DNA from: Nemertoderma westbladi
Taxonomy: Eukaryota; Animalia; Xenacoelomorpha
DNA: 64,000 nucleotides
Assembly: GCA_032718475.1 (NCBI GenBank)
Contig: JAUCBJ010008272.1
Span: 1 to 64,000 of the forward strand
Direction of reading: 5' to 3'
Of the stretch, positions 13,461-28,343 are shown in pieces (position 1 is the stretch's first letter; the number at the start of each line of letters is the position of its first letter). Below the pieces are notes generated by a model that ran no database searches, had not been told where the DNA came from, and saw only the letters and a program-made list of their open reading frames with translations. Made by a program: the position numbers and the translations under genes.

Positions 13461-13530
13461 TCCCTTTCGGGGCTCGAACCCACAATCTATCTCTATGTGA
13501 ATTCAAGGTCAACCACTAAGCCAAGGTGAG
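13461..13530 (-). mobile_element. tRNA-derived SINE head or degenerate tRNA-like sequence
   Basis: Minus strand has an A-box-like TGGCTTAGTGG and a B-box-like GGTTCGAGCCC at tRNA-like spacing; no clean cloverleaf. Confidence 0.5.
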
Positions 13531-13829
13531 AGACACGTATTGCTGTCTTACGTTAAATTTTGGGGCAGAAAACACAGGCTACCAGAATTATAAATCAATA
13601 AAAACTAATTGGAATTTAATTGATGATATAAAGGTAATTAAGTTACTTTAGTATTGTACAGTAATCAATCACATTTGAAATATTTATGTCATGAGAGAAA
13701 GCATTAGCGATACAAAAAACATTCCTGATTCCTGTATACGAGAGACAAAAGAAAATTAATGGTTCTGGTACGAGATACAAAGGAACATTCGTGGTTCTGG
13801 TATACGAGATACAAAGGAACATTCATGGT

Positions 13830-14570
13830 TCACCAACAGATTCACCAATGGCTTTGTTGGTCGGGGTGGAACATGAGAGTAGCCTCCAACTCCAGAATCC
13901 CTCTCCCCATCACAATCTGGCCTTCCTGGTGACCCAGGGTTTGGGCCAGAAAGGTCATCAGGAAAGGGACTCAAAGAATTGTTGGCTGCTCTCTCTCCAG
14001 TAGGGGGTGAGACAGGCAGCCGGTCAGGAGTTAACTGACGCCTGTGAGGCCGATTGTGTCCGGTAATTCCACTGGCCTCTAGTGGCCGGACCTCCGCATT
14101 GCTAATGTAATCCATAGTGGGGGTTGGGGGGTGCTTTTTTGCCGAGTCAGCTCTCGGGGCATATACCACACCCTGGTTTGCCATTGCACAGGGTGGGTGT
14201 CGCAATGGAGTCAGATATGAGGCCCATCACCCATATCTACTCTGGCGCACATGACCCACCATTGGCTGTTGCAGCTCATCTGCTGGGTCATGCCCTGTAC
14301 CCTTGCTGCCAGGTCCAGGTCGCAGTGAAGTGCTCTCAGAGTGGACATGAGAACACTCTACTCCTGACCAGCCATTGGTAGATCACCATCTGCCTGGTCA
14401 GGCCATATACCCCTGCAGCCAAGTATATGGGTCCTTAATCCAGGACCAAGGGCGTCCTTATCCCAGAACGAAGGGGGTCCTAGTTACAGGACCAGATTTG
14501 CCCTAGTAAGAGGGTCTATGCAGCTACAGGTGGCACCTCCTTTATGCTGCATGGAGGTGGCAAGTTTTCT
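13830..14570 (-). mobile_element. GC-rich insert, probably the 5' UTR and start of the ORF of an RTE-like LINE, flanked by the 32-36-bp satellite
   Basis: Abrupt GC rise; a GCAATGGCAAACC motif like RTE 5' regions; Pro/Gly/Ser-rich ORF start (13756-14205); satellite units on both sides. Confidence 0.45.
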
Positions 14571-14589
14571 TGATCAATGACCTAGAATA

Positions 14590-17500
14590 CCTAGAATACA
14601 AAGGAACATTCGTGGTTCTGGTATACGAGATACCAAGGAACATTCATGGTTCTGGTATACGAGATACAAAGGAACATTCGTGGTTCTGGTACGAGATACA
14701 AACGAACATTCGTGGTTCTGGTACGAGATACAAAGGAACATTCATGGTTCTGGTATACGAGATACAAAGGAACATTCATGGTTCTGGTTATCGAGATACA
14801 AAGGAACATTCGTGGTTCTGGTACGAGATACATAGGAACATTCGTGGTTCTGTTACGAGATACAAAGGAACATTCATGGTTCTGGTATACGAGATACAAA
14901 GGAACATTCATGGTTCTGGTTATCGAGATACAAAGGAACATTCATGGTTCTGATATACGAGATACAAAGGAACATTCGTGGTTCTGGTACGAGATACATA
15001 GGAATATTCGTGGTTCTGTTACGAGATACAAAGGAACATTCATGGTTCTGGTATACGAGATACAAAGGAACATTCATGGTTCTGGTTATCGAGATACAAA
15101 GGAACATTCATGGTTCTGGTATACGAGATACAAAGGAACATTCGTGGTTCTGGTACGAGATACAAAGGAACATTCGTAGTTCTGGTACGAGATACAAAGG
15201 AACATTCGTGGTTCTGGTATACGAGATACAAAGGAACATTCGTGGTTCTGGTATACGAGATACAATGGAACATGGTGGTTCTGGTACACGAGATACAAAG
15301 GAACATTCGTTGTTCTGTTACGAGATACAAAGGAACATTCGTGGTTCCGGTATACGAGATACAAAGGAACATTCGTGGTTCTGGTATACGAGATACAAAG
15401 GAACATTCGTGGTTCCGGTATACGAGATACAAAGGAACATTCGTGGTTCTGGTACGAGATACAAAGGAACATTCATGGTTCTGATATACGAGATACAAAG
15501 GAACATTCGGGGTTCTGGTATACGAGATACAAAGGAACATTCGTGGTTCTGGTACAAGATACAAAGGAACATTCATGGTTCTGGTATACGAGATACAAAG
15601 GAACATTCATGGTTCTGATATACGAGATACAAAGGAACATTCGGGGTTCTGGTATACGAGATACAAAGGAACATTCGTGGTTCTGGTACGAGATACAAAG
15701 GAACATTCGTGGTTCTGGTACGAGATACAAAGGAACATTCATGGTTCTGATATACGAGATACAAAGGAACATTCGTGGTTCTGGTATACGAGATACAAAG
15801 GAACATTCATGGTTCTGGTTTTCGAGATACAAAGGAACATTCATGGTTCTGGTATACGAGATACAAAGGAACATTCGGGGTTCTGGTATACGAGATACAA
15901 AGGAACATTCGTGGTTCTGGTACGAGATACAAAGGAACATTCATGGTTCTGATATACGAGATACAAAGGAACATTCGGGGTTCTGGTATACGAGATACAA
16001 AGGAAGATTCGTGGTTCTTGTACGAGATACAAAGGAACATTCGTGGTTCTGTTACAAGATACAAAGGAACATTCATGGTTCTGGTATACGAGATACAAAG
16101 GAACATTCATGGTTCTGGTATACGAGACACAAAGGAACATTCATGGTTCTGGTATACGAGATACAAAGGAACATTCGGGGTTCTGGTATACGAGATACAA
16201 AGGAACATTCGTGGTTCTGGTACGAGATACAAAGGAACATTTGTGGTTCTGGTACGAGATACAAAGGAACATTCGTGGTTCTGGTACGAGATACAAAGAA
16301 ACATTCGTGGTTCTGTTACGAGATACAAAGGAACATTCATGGTTCTGGTATACGAGTTACAAAGGAACATTCATGGTTCTGGTATGAGATACAAAGAAAC
16401 ATTCGTGGTTCTGGTATACGAGATACAAAGGAACATTCTTGGTTCTGGTACGAGATACAAAGGAACATTCGTGGTTCTGGTATACGAGATACAAAGGAAC
16501 ATATTCGTGGTTCTGGTACGAGATACAAAGGAACATTCGTGGTTCTGGTATACGAGATACAAAGGAACATTCATGGTTCTGATATACGAGATACAAAGGA
16601 ACATTCGGGGTTCTGGTACGAGATACAAAGAAACATTCGTGGTTCTGGTATACGAGATACAAAGGAACATTCGTGGTTCTGGTACGAGATACAAAGGAAC
16701 ATTCGTGGTTCTGGTATACGAGATACAAAGGAACATATTCGTGGTTCTGGTACGAGATACAAAGGAACATTCGTGGTTCTGGTATACGAGATACAAAGGA
16801 ACATTCTTGGTTCTGGTACGAGATACAAAGGAACATTCGTGGTTCTGGTATACGAGATACAAAGGAACATTCGTGGTTCTGGTACGAGATACAAAGGAAC
16901 ATTCGTGGTTCTGGTATACGAGATACAAAGGAACATATTCGTGGTTCTGGTATGAGATACAAAGAAACATTCGTGGTTCTGGTATACGAGATACAAAGGA
17001 ACATTCTTGGTTCTGGTACGAGATACAAAGGAACATTCGTGGTTCTGGTATACGAGATACAAAGGAACATATTCGTGGTTCTGGTACGAGATACAAAGGA
17101 ACATTCGTGGTTCTGGTATACGAGATACAAAGGAACATTCATGGTTCTGATATACGAGATACAAAGGAACATTCGGGGTTCTGGTACGAGATACAAAGAA
17201 ACATTCGTGGTTCTGGTATACGAGACACAAAGGAACATTCGTGGTTCTGGTATACGAGATACAAAGGAACATTCATGGTTCTGATATACGAGATACAAAG
17301 GAACATTCGGGGTTCTGGTATACGAGATACAAAGGAACATTCGTGGTTCTGGTACGAGATACAAAGGAACATTCGTGGTTCTGTTACAAGATACAAAGGA
17401 ACATTCGTGGTTCTGGTACGAGATACAAAGAAACATTCGTGGTTCTGGTATACGAGATACAAAGGAACATTCTTGGTTCTGGTACGAGATACAAAGGAAC

Positions 17501-19760
17501 ATTCGTGGTTCTGGTATACGAGATACAAAGGAACATTCATGGTTCTGATATACGAGATACAAAGGAACATTCGGGGTTCTGGTATACGAGATACAAAGGA
17601 ACATTCGTGGTTCTGGTACGAGATACAAAGGAACATTCGTGGTTCTGTTACAAGATACAAAGGAACATTCGTGGTTCTGGTACGAGATACAAAGAAACAT
17701 TCGTGGTTCTGGTATACGAGATACAAAGGAACATTCTTGGTTCTGGTACGAGATACAAAGGAACATTCATGGTTCTGGTATACGAGATACAAAGGAACAT
17801 TCATGGTTCTGGTATACGAGACACAAAGGAACATTCATGGTTCTGGTATACGAGATACAAAGGAACATTCGGGGTTCTGGTATACGAGATACAAAGGAAC
17901 ATTCGTGGTTCTGGTACGAGATACTAAGGAACATTTGTGGTTCTGGTACGAGATACAAAGGAACATTCGTGGTTCTGGTACGAGATACAAAGAAACATTC
18001 GTGGTTCTGTTACGAGATACAAAGGAACATTCATGGTTCTGGTATACGAGTTACAAAGGAACATTCATGGTTCTGGTATACGAGATACAAAGGAACATAT
18101 TCGTGGTTCTGGTATACGAGATACAAAGGAACATTCGTGGTTCTGGTATACGAGATACAAAGGAACATTCGTGGTTCTGGTACGAGATACAAAGGAACAT
18201 TCGTGGTTCTGGTATACGAGATACAAAGGAACATTCGTGGTTCTGGTACGAGATACAAAGGAACATTCGTGGTTCTGTTACGAGATACAAAGGAACATTC
18301 GTGGTTCTGGTATACGAGATACAATGGAACATTCGTGGTTCTGGTATACGAGATACAAAGGAACATTCATGGTTCTGGTATACGAGATACAAAGGAACAT
18401 TCATGGTTCTGGTATACGAGACACAAAGGAACATTCATGGTTCTGGTATACGAGATACAAAGGAACATTCGGGGTTCTGGTATACGAGATACAAAGGAAC
18501 ATTCGTGGTTCTGGTACGAGATACAAAGGAACATTTGTGGTTCTGGTACGAGATACAAAGGAACATTCGTGGTTCTGGTACGAGATACAAAGAAACATTC
18601 GTGGTTCTGTTACGAGATACAAAGGAACATTCATGGTTCTGGTATACGAGATACAAAGGAACATTCATGGTTCTGGTATACGAGATACAAAGGAACATTT
18701 TCGTGGTTCTGGTATACGAGATACAAAGGAACATTCGTGGTTCTGGTATACGAGATACAAAGGAACATTCGTGGTTCTGGTACGAGATACAAAGAAACAT
18801 TCGTGGTTCTGTTACGAGATACAAAGGAACATTCATGGTTCTGGTATACGAGATACAAAGGAACATTCATGGTTCTGGTACGAGATACAAAGGAACATTC
18901 ATGGTTCTGGTATACGAGATACAAAGGAACATTCATGGTTCTGGTATACGAGACACAAAGGAACATTCATGGTTCTGGTATACGAGATACAAAGGAACAT
19001 TCGTGGTTCTGGTATACGAGATACAAAGGAACATTCGTGGTTCTGGTACGAGATACAAAGGAACATTTGTAGTTCTGGTACGAGATACAAAGGAACATTC
19101 GTGGTTCTGGTACGAGATACAAAGAAACATTCGTGGTTCTGTTACGAGATACAAAGGAACATTCATGGTTCTGGCATACGAGATACAAAGGAACATTCAT
19201 GGTTCTGGTATACGAGATACAAAGGAACATATTCGTGGTTCTGGTATACGAGATACAAAGGAACATTCGTGGTTCTGGTATACGAGATACAAAGGAACAT
19301 ATTCGTGGTTCTGGTATACGAGATACAAAGGAACATATTCGTGGTTCTGGTACGAGATACAAAGGAACATTCATGGTTCTGGTATACGAGATACAAAGGA
19401 ACATTCGTGGTTCTGGTATACGAGATACAAAGGAACATTCGTGGTTCTGGTATACGAGATACAAAGGAACATATTCGTGGTTCTGGTACGAGATATAAAG
19501 GAACATTCGTGGTTCTGGTATACGAGATACAAAGGAACATATTCGTGGTTCTGGTACGAGATATAAAGGAACATTCGTGGTTCTGGTATACGAGATACAA
19601 AGGAACATTCGTGGTTCTGGTATACGAGATACAAAGGAACATTCGTGGTTCTGGTATACGAGATACAAAGGAACATATTCGTGGTTCTGGTACGAGATAT
19701 AAAGGAACATTCGTGGTTCTGGTATACGAGATACAAAGGAACATTCGTGGTTCTGTTACG
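14590..19760. repeat. Satellite array, 32/34/36-bp unit variants, ~5.2 kb (additional copies at ~13705-13830)
   Basis: Unit gagatacaaaggaacattcgtggttctggta(ta)c. Confidence 0.97.
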
Positions 19761-21339
19761 AGGAATATGAGGTGCATCACCGCACGCATTCCGTCCAGGT
19801 CTAACTTTTCCATATAAATTACATACAGCAATTCCCCGACCAGCCCAGGGACTACACAACACAACACAACTTCATATTGATGATTCATCCTTACATGGAT
19901 GGAGCCATTCCATTAATGGGCTGCCGCAGCATGTCAGCTCGTATTATACTGTAGTAGGTCATAATGGACCCAGTACAACCACAAGTAGTAGTAATATTCA
20001 GGTCTTTCAAGAAATGAAATCCGAAAGGAAATATTACCAATCCACAGGGAAATTAAACTAATCAGAAATTATGTGAAATTATGTGAAATAAATATACAAA
20101 TTAAATAAAATAAACATCAATATTAATGAAGTCCAAAGATACTTACGTGGAATTACCGTGAATATTCTCTCCTTCCACCGGATTTGAAACAAATCAAATG
20201 TTTTCCTAGCGTCTAGTAGTAATTACTAACTTTAATTAAATCAAAACGAACGATTTAGTAGCCCCATATGGGGCGTTTCCAAAAGCTAAAACCAATCATA
20301 ATAACGAATAACTACTTGCTGATTATTATTGATGTTATTACGAGATATTAAAAGCCGCTGTGTACGGCAGTTTAGTTAACATTTAATTTAGTTTCATCCA
20401 AACTCATGTAACAACAGGCCATGTTCACTTCAGCATGGAAAGGACACACTAGTTAGTTAGTCGTCACAGCTGTTCCTAATTTGGTTGGAAGAGCGGCGAT
20501 CTGTGGTAAACGGACGCCTTAGTAACTAATAAACCACCCCGAAGGGTATCCTACTTCCAGCAATACCACCCTCCGTTTATTATTTCTTTATATTTTGCGT
20601 CACAAATATTTCCCGATCGTTAGCGCTGTAACTCGAATCAGCGCTACTTGGGAACACTGCTGATCTCACGCAGATGCGCACGCGATATCCAATCAGTGAA
20701 CAGTTTTCTGAATTTTGGATAACCTTATTATTCTTTATTATTAGTTATCCAATCAGAGATCTCTAATCAAAAGAAGGCAACCCCCTAGTGATGGGCTGGT
20801 TGTTTTAATTTCACTGCTGGTTGTTTGTTGAAGGCAGGGAGGTCGATAACTTGGTGTGCGAGACTACCTCCTACATAATTGGTTTATTGCATTTGGCTTT
20901 ATTACGTTAGCGCCTCCGGCCATATGGGATCGCAGGAGCCAGGAGGCCTAAGCTTTGAAAAAAATTTGGAATTTGGAAATGTAAAATCGACGCAAATAAC
21001 AGCTGGTTATTCCCATGATCAAAAATAAACCGTAACCTGGCTGTTCTATTGATTTTAGTTTATTGTTTTGGATACTGTAGAATTAAGTGGCACTGTAACC
21101 TGCTCCTTTCTCTTGATTAATAATTTAAGACCGACACGAGATAGATATTAATTCGTCTAGATTAAATTTGCGTTTCATTTTCTCTCCAAATATATCGATA
21201 CTCTACCAGATGGAGTGACAGAATGTCCTATAGTCTCTCAAGGGTTTTAGATTTGGTAAATCTACCAGTTCCAGATGTACAGTATTATAAGAGGTGTCGA
21301 CTATAAGGGTATAAAGGAATGTAGGTAGTCCTTAAAGGA

Positions 21340-22510
21340 ATGTAGGTCTCGCGCCTTTCACCCTTAGCGGTTTTCAGTGAAAAGGGACGAAATGTGAGTC
21401 AATGTCACCAAAGAAATGTCGATATCGGCCGTTCATTATTATTTATTAGGGCCTACTGTACACCTTCAACCTTAATACAACAACCATTGTTAGAAAGTCC
21501 CCCCCCCCCCCCATCCCCGTAATATTCAAATTTCAATCATATGCTACAGTACTAAATTTGTGTTCGCCGTAGGCTACCTTGTATTATTCGATTGAACTCG
21601 ACTATATAATCTCCAAAAACTATGTTTATTTTCAAGGCAATACCAACAGTTCCTGTAGATGCTGCGCTTTAAATACCACGCTGAGTTATGACTATACTAA
21701 TTACAACGGATGGGCATAAGATAACGCAAATGTTTACATTCTTTAGGAATGTATTATTAATCGCTCACACTCACGTAACTGACAATAGTACTGAAATACG
21801 CTAATTTGCCGACTGTCACCAATTTTACTCACATATAAGGGTAAATTTAGCTCATGTACGTTGGGGGTTATGAAATAGCATGTATTCATACAAACCACTG
21901 TGATTTGAGCCAAGCAATTGTTACTAATGTTCCCTTCTGCTTACCTCAATAATAAAGAAAGTCAGGGGAGGGGATTCATCGATTATTCATAAGTATTCTC
22001 CAAATATAAACATCAATTAAATAAGTTACAAACCACAGTAATGAATAACAGTATATAAAACAGTATAAGATATGCGGTGCCAGCAGTGTCAGCAGTAGTG
22101 CAGGTTGATATCCAGAGTGAGTTTTAAGAGTGTGTAGAGTGATGATAGTGTCCAGAGTGATGAGAGTTAATTGATTTGCGTTCTATGATTCTCTCTGACC
22201 GCTGATGGTTCTGGGCAGAAGTCAGAATCTCGGGAATGATTTGTCGCACTGCGACATTTTCATGTGTAAACAAAGACCGGTAAACTGAAAATCGAGCTGA
22301 TTGGACGAAATATAACATAGAACATACGGGACAAATACAAATACTGGCTAATTTCGTCATTATACAGTAGCTCTGTACCAAAACAGACGTTAGAGGGCAT
22401 AAGTCTATACATTCTCCAATCCCTTGAAATAATGCTGGCCTTTTAGAGTAGTTCGCGAATTGCACAAAAACGACACATTTTTGCCGCAAAAGCTTTAACA
22501 ATTTGGTATG
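21340..22510. mobile_element. Interspersed ~1-kb non-coding repeat, copy 1
   Basis: Shares ordered motifs (cattctttagga, gccgactgtcac, tatgaaatagcat, ctgattgg, tttagagta, cgcaaaagcttt) with 50390-51575 and 61020-62025. Confidence 0.7.
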
Positions 22511-22852
22511 ATGATAGTTCGACAACTATCATCATACCACTGGTAGACCTCTGCATTGGCAGAGCCGGAGTTTTCTTTTCAATTTCTGAGCTATTTCAGT
22601 TGGCTTTTATATTCTAGAATTAAGTAAAAAACGATTTCAAAGATCCAATGACTCTAAGGGTCGAAAAGACGTTTCAATGAGGAAACATAACTGACAGATA
22701 ATAGTAAGGGTATAGTAAGGGAAAGGAGCAGGTTACAGAGACGTCTTATTCTAACCAAAACAATAAATGATGTTTTTACCAAAAACTAGATTCCACCGAA
22801 CAACTGACGTCGTAAATGAAAGCATGGACCACTAAAACCCCCCTAGGCCTGC

Positions 22853-22967
22853 TAAGTGTACTGGCTTTGTGCCAGATATTACTCGACGGTACTAAGTGTA
22901 CTGGCTTTGTGCCAGATATTACTCGACGGTACAAAGTGTACTGACTTTGTACCAGGTTACTCGACGA
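22853..22967. repeat. Tandem repeat, 40-bp unit, ~3 copies
   Basis: taagtgtactggctttgtgccagatattactcgacggtac at 22853 and 22893, plus a diverged third copy. Confidence 0.85.
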
Positions 22968-24127
22968 TTGTTAGAAATCTACAGTATTAGCTTAAAATCT
23001 GCTGGAGAGATTTTCGTAGATTTGAAGGTTCTGAGTCCAATGCTGGACTAGTTTGTAGTGCTTTTAGTAAAATTATTAATTCCACAATTCACCGCTAGAG
23101 GGAGAAAAATATTATCTACTGTAATTGCCATTTGGGGGGCTCTTTATGGCCATCCCCACGTTTGCTGAACACAACAAAAACCGAAGTGTTATTGAACTTC
23201 CTTAGTGTCGTTTTAAAAACAATTACCTGATGGGTTCTCCACACCCCTCAGTTGGTCTGGCTATTAGAGGTACAGTTGTGTATATCGGTATATCCCAGGG
23301 ATGATGAGTTCGTAAGCCGATGTATGTGCGACACACCTTCATAATCTATCAAAGTCCATCACATTCATAATGACACGATTAATTAATTGGCGCGCTGGTT
23401 CTAGTATGGAAAATTATATATTTAACGGATGTGATTAAAAAAATGCAGCGTAGCGATAAAGAAAACTCTTCAATTAGTTTAAAATTCCGAGAATACTCCC
23501 TGTCGCCGTGATCGGACAGTTGGGCTAAAAAGTAACCACAACCGGGGATATCGCACTACAGACGTCACATCGGGCCAATAGCAAAAAGACAGAAATTCCA
23601 CAAAATTTCTTAGATTAGAGACTACGGTTTATCCCGGATATAAGATACCCCCCCCCCCCCCCACTAATATTGTCCAGTGGGTAAGCTAAAGTGTCTCGCT
23701 TAGGCACTCAATATGCGAAATTTATACAGCCTTTAGTGGAATTAGAACAAGCGCCGCCAAGCACTGTTAGTTGTGAAAGCAGTTCAGGGGCGGTTACATT
23801 GATAACGATATCAAAAATAAAATAAATAAAAAATAAATAATTTAGGACGTGGAACCTATTGTGGCACTTAGAAGGATAATCGAAGAATTATCAACAATGA
23901 AAGACAGACACGTTCGTGGGCCTAGAAAGGATAACCCGAGAAAACTGTTATCCGAGTAGGCCTACTCGATTTTGGTCTACTACAGTACTTCGTTAGCTTT
24001 TGTCTCTGCCGTTCTATTTAAGCAATGATCGTAGGTCACTACTCCACCTTTCAGATTAATCTAATTGGTTCTACAGTATTACAGCTACTTTTACGTTTCT
24101 GTAGTCTGTAGTAGTGTTCTTTTAGTC

Positions 24128-24890
24128 TACTGCTGACGGTGACACAGAATCATTCGAAGCCTTAGTCAGTCCTTCAGGGTGACACCATTATTGTTCATAA
24201 TTGTGGCTGATTATGTTCTACGCATGTCCTTAGATCATAATAATGATGATGGGGTGATGGTAACACCCCCAACTGGCACAAGAAGTAGGGGAAATCCAAC
24301 AAAGGAATCACTAAGAGGGAGCCCAAAGGCTCCTCCGCTCATTGGAGCAGGTTGCTTCTAGTGTTGGACGTTAAAATTGTTAACTCAAAGAAGATCAAAA
24401 TTATGACAGTGAACCTAGACAGCCCCCGAGAAATGCCTGATCATAAGGGCATATAAGCTCTAGGGACGGCTTGCTTGAGCACGTGGATGACTTCTGCTAC
24501 TTGGGATCATGGATCCGAAAGTTAGGTGAGGACTTTGGAATACGTAAGGGGAAGGCTTGAGCCGCGTTAAATAGTCTGTCCAGGGTTTGGAAGTTCACAG
24601 GTTCCACAAGGTTCGATTATTTATGGCTGTAGTAGTCCCATTACTCTTATATGGGAATCCATGCTGGGCTCTAACTGCAGAGGATACAAATCACTGGATG
24701 GCACTTTCACAAGAATGCTACGCCGGGTTCATTGTGTCAAGTACAATGCACACATCTCCAATCAGACACTATACAACATTGGAGGTGTTTAAAGGACACT
24801 GTCCTTGAAGATGCGGATATTACTAGCAAATGTCATGGGTGATAGAGAGTTGTGGCGGCGCAACTTTGTAGACAAGCCGGCACAGCATTC
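24128..24890 (+). mobile_element. Decayed RTE-like LINE reverse-transcriptase fragment
   Basis: Fragments ADGDTESFE, LQGDT, PLLFIIVADYVLR, VDDFCYLGSWI and KVRLFMAVVVPLLLYG across frameshifts. Confidence 0.8.
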
Positions 24891-26202
24891 TTAATATTAG
24901 ATATTATAATAAGTGAAATTATATTGAGTGAAAGTTATGTTTTGGGCCGATAGTTAAAAAAAATATCGCCCGAAATAAAATACATTATATTTTTTAGTTA
25001 ACAATTCTGATCAAAATTCTGTTTACAAGTATTATTGGTCAATATGTCAAGACCAATCACTGAAAAATAAAAAATTTGAATAAAATTGGCGGGAAATTCA
25101 AATTTATTTTATCCACATCATAAGAACTTTCTAATACATATATATGTAATAATATAACTAATATATATGTATAATTCTAGTGCAAAAACAAACAAAATTT
25201 CATCCATTTTGAGTTTGATAGAACGGCATTCATGAGATTTCATCGGTTTTTACCATCTATAAATTTTCACAAAAAACAACACTTTAGAAAATTTGATATT
25301 TTTGAAAATTTTTTACTTTTTTTTAAATAAAAATAGTGTTGAAATGTTTACGAAAATTTTTGAAAATTCTCAATATTTTCGTCGATTAAATATGAAAAAA
25401 CCAGAGAACGAAAAAGTATAAATTCTATGTAAACCAGAACAACGATATTTATGGCTGATATTCATGACTCTGTCTGTATAAAACAACCTTTTTCTCAGTC
25501 TCAGATTTTGACATTATTCATCACTAAATTCCCTACTACTTTTGTATTTTTCACTCAATTGTTAAATTGCCCCTCCCCCCCCCCCCCCATCCGAAGAACT
25601 TCAACACAGTTGGTATTATTGATCTTTAAACTTGAGATTTTACATTGAAAAAGCCGACCTGCACAAAAAGCGACATATTTTTCGAACGAACTGGTTTACG
25701 AAACTATCCAAACTCAGTAGTTATAGTAAAAGATCACAGATCATTGTAATGAATGGTAGAGCCTACTGCTGGGGTCCCCTTAAGCCAAAATAAACCTGAG
25801 ATTCGCTTAAAAACTTCCAATTCTCTACAAAACCGTTAGTGTAAGAGAACAATAAGACTGGAACTACACAATATAATAATAGTAGCTTTTGAAAATATAC
25901 GAAACATTTATTTACACATAATAACTTAAATAATGGGATTTTTGTAAAACCATTTGAGTGTTTTTATATTTTAAGAATATTATTATAATACGACCGAAAG
26001 TTGTTTTGCACAATAGTAAAAACCTCGAAACAAAATTACGATAAGAGACATTATTGCTGGTACTGTTAGTGAATTTAATAAGAGTTGTTACTGCGGGGCG
26101 CGTGGACTAGAGGAGGTTGATAAAGTGTCTGTGTAGAGAAATAAAGTAGGGAGACATCATGTCGTAGGTGTTGTGTGACGTCACATTGTTGGTGTTGTGA
26201 CG

Positions 26203-26457
<255 letters not shown>

Positions 26458-27199
26458 TTATCACTGTTTTGGAGTTCAAACCATAGAATAGGTGATACGC
26501 GACCTACAAAATACGATACGGGCTCCTCCTTATAAGCGGAGACAACCCCAAAGCTCATCTCTTTCGGAGGCACACACATCTCTCTTGGTAGTTACCTGTA
26601 AGCTCGAGAACACGATATTCTTACTCACGAGATCGACTCAGTATCCGATCTTTTATTAACCTGGTTCATTCTTATGTATCTGTTTTTAAATGAATACAGT
26701 TCACAGTAGTGGATAGGATATGACGGACATGACAGCTCAACCCCAATCCATTAATGGATATGAGAACACCTACATCAGCTATCTCATTGGATTCGCCAGG
26801 ATCTCTTAAGATATAGTATAATATAGGTGTGTCAATTAATAATGATCATACTATACTGAAATGTGAATCGAAAAAGAACGTGAACATGATACTGGAATTC
26901 CAAAAAATGAGCTTGAGCTTTGATGGTGGTTTTTATTTTTTTTTAATTTTTTACAATTAACATAGATACCAATTTGATAAACCAGCACATCCCAACGAAG
27001 AGAAATACAAACTATATATATAGATCTATATATATATATATTATTATATGGATAGTATTGCCATGGTTATAGTGAAGCATAACAACATATTCATAATAAT
27101 AACATATTCATATTGACCACTGTGACCTCGGGTGGCCTATTTAATTGTGGTTTTGTTTGACCCGTATGTATATGACTTGCGCACATTACTCAAAACAAA

Positions 27200-27340
27200 A
27201 ATTGAAGACTGCCATAATTATAATACAAGATCAGCCACCCAAGGTAATATTCAACTTCCACACATACGCCTCAACTCAACGCTCTCTTAGTTATCTTGGT
27301 CTGTCTATTTGGAACGAGATCCCGGTAATGATTAGGAATA
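27200..27340 (+). mobile_element. LINE (CR1/L2-like) ORF2 C-terminal remnant in UBE2D intron 2
   Basis: TQRSLSYLGLSIWNEIPVMIR resembles the RSF.Y.G..LWN.LP..IR terminal motif. Confidence 0.55.
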
Positions 27341-27353
27341 AAAAAAAACACTA

Positions 27354-27445
27354 TGATGACGGTTTTACAGACGATTTTACAGTGATGTAGGAGGTGCTAT
27401 TGCACCTCCTACATCACTGTAAAATCGTCTGTAAAACCGTCATCA
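27354..27445. repeat. Perfect inverted repeat, 44-bp stem with 4-nt loop
   Basis: tgatgacggttttacagacgattttacagtgatgtaggaggtgc-TATT-exact reverse complement. Confidence 0.95.
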
Positions 27446-28007
27446 ACCACTCTTTCAATTTCTAATTTTGGTCTCAACCAAGTCAATAGTATCGCAATAC
27501 ATTTAGCGTATTTAACGGTTATATCAAATCTTAATTTTCTTGGGCCGGAGAGTATTTAAGGATATTTAAAATGTGTCATAGTATATACCAAAGTTATTAA
27601 ATATATAATACTTCTTTATGTCTGATACTTAGCTTAACACCTGGCTGATTGCGTCCACTAGCTCCCCAGGCTATTGGCAGTCAGCCAGCTTCAAATCAAC
27701 AATTATAAGTATTGAATTATTTATAAAAGTGTCTGGCTAAAAATGGCTGGCAGACCAGTTCTGAGTCGCTTTGTGTGGTGATGGGTATTTGTATTTTTAA
27801 TGTTTTCTATTTGTATTTTGTCTAATATATATATATATATCCGTTTTAGAAAAAAAAAATTTATAAAAGTGTATGGCGATTTCATTTAATTGATTGGAGA
27901 AATAAATAATATAATGGCAATAATGCCTATGGGACAACTATTAATACGTGTGCAATGCTGCTGTGTTATATATAATTAACATCATCACAATAATAACTCC
28001 ACGACTA

Positions 28008-28343
<336 letters not shown>

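Noticed and set aside
13461-13530. Functional tRNA gene
   Set aside because: A and B boxes are present but acceptor and anticodon stems do not form; treated as SINE-like.
14570-19888. Many overlapping ORFs up to 1263 aa
   Set aside because: Stop-poor 32-36-bp satellite read in all frames on both strands.
19760-20060. Possible exon adjoining the 32-36-bp satellite
   Set aside because: Short open frames exist on both strands, but there is no recognisable homology or convincing splice pair.
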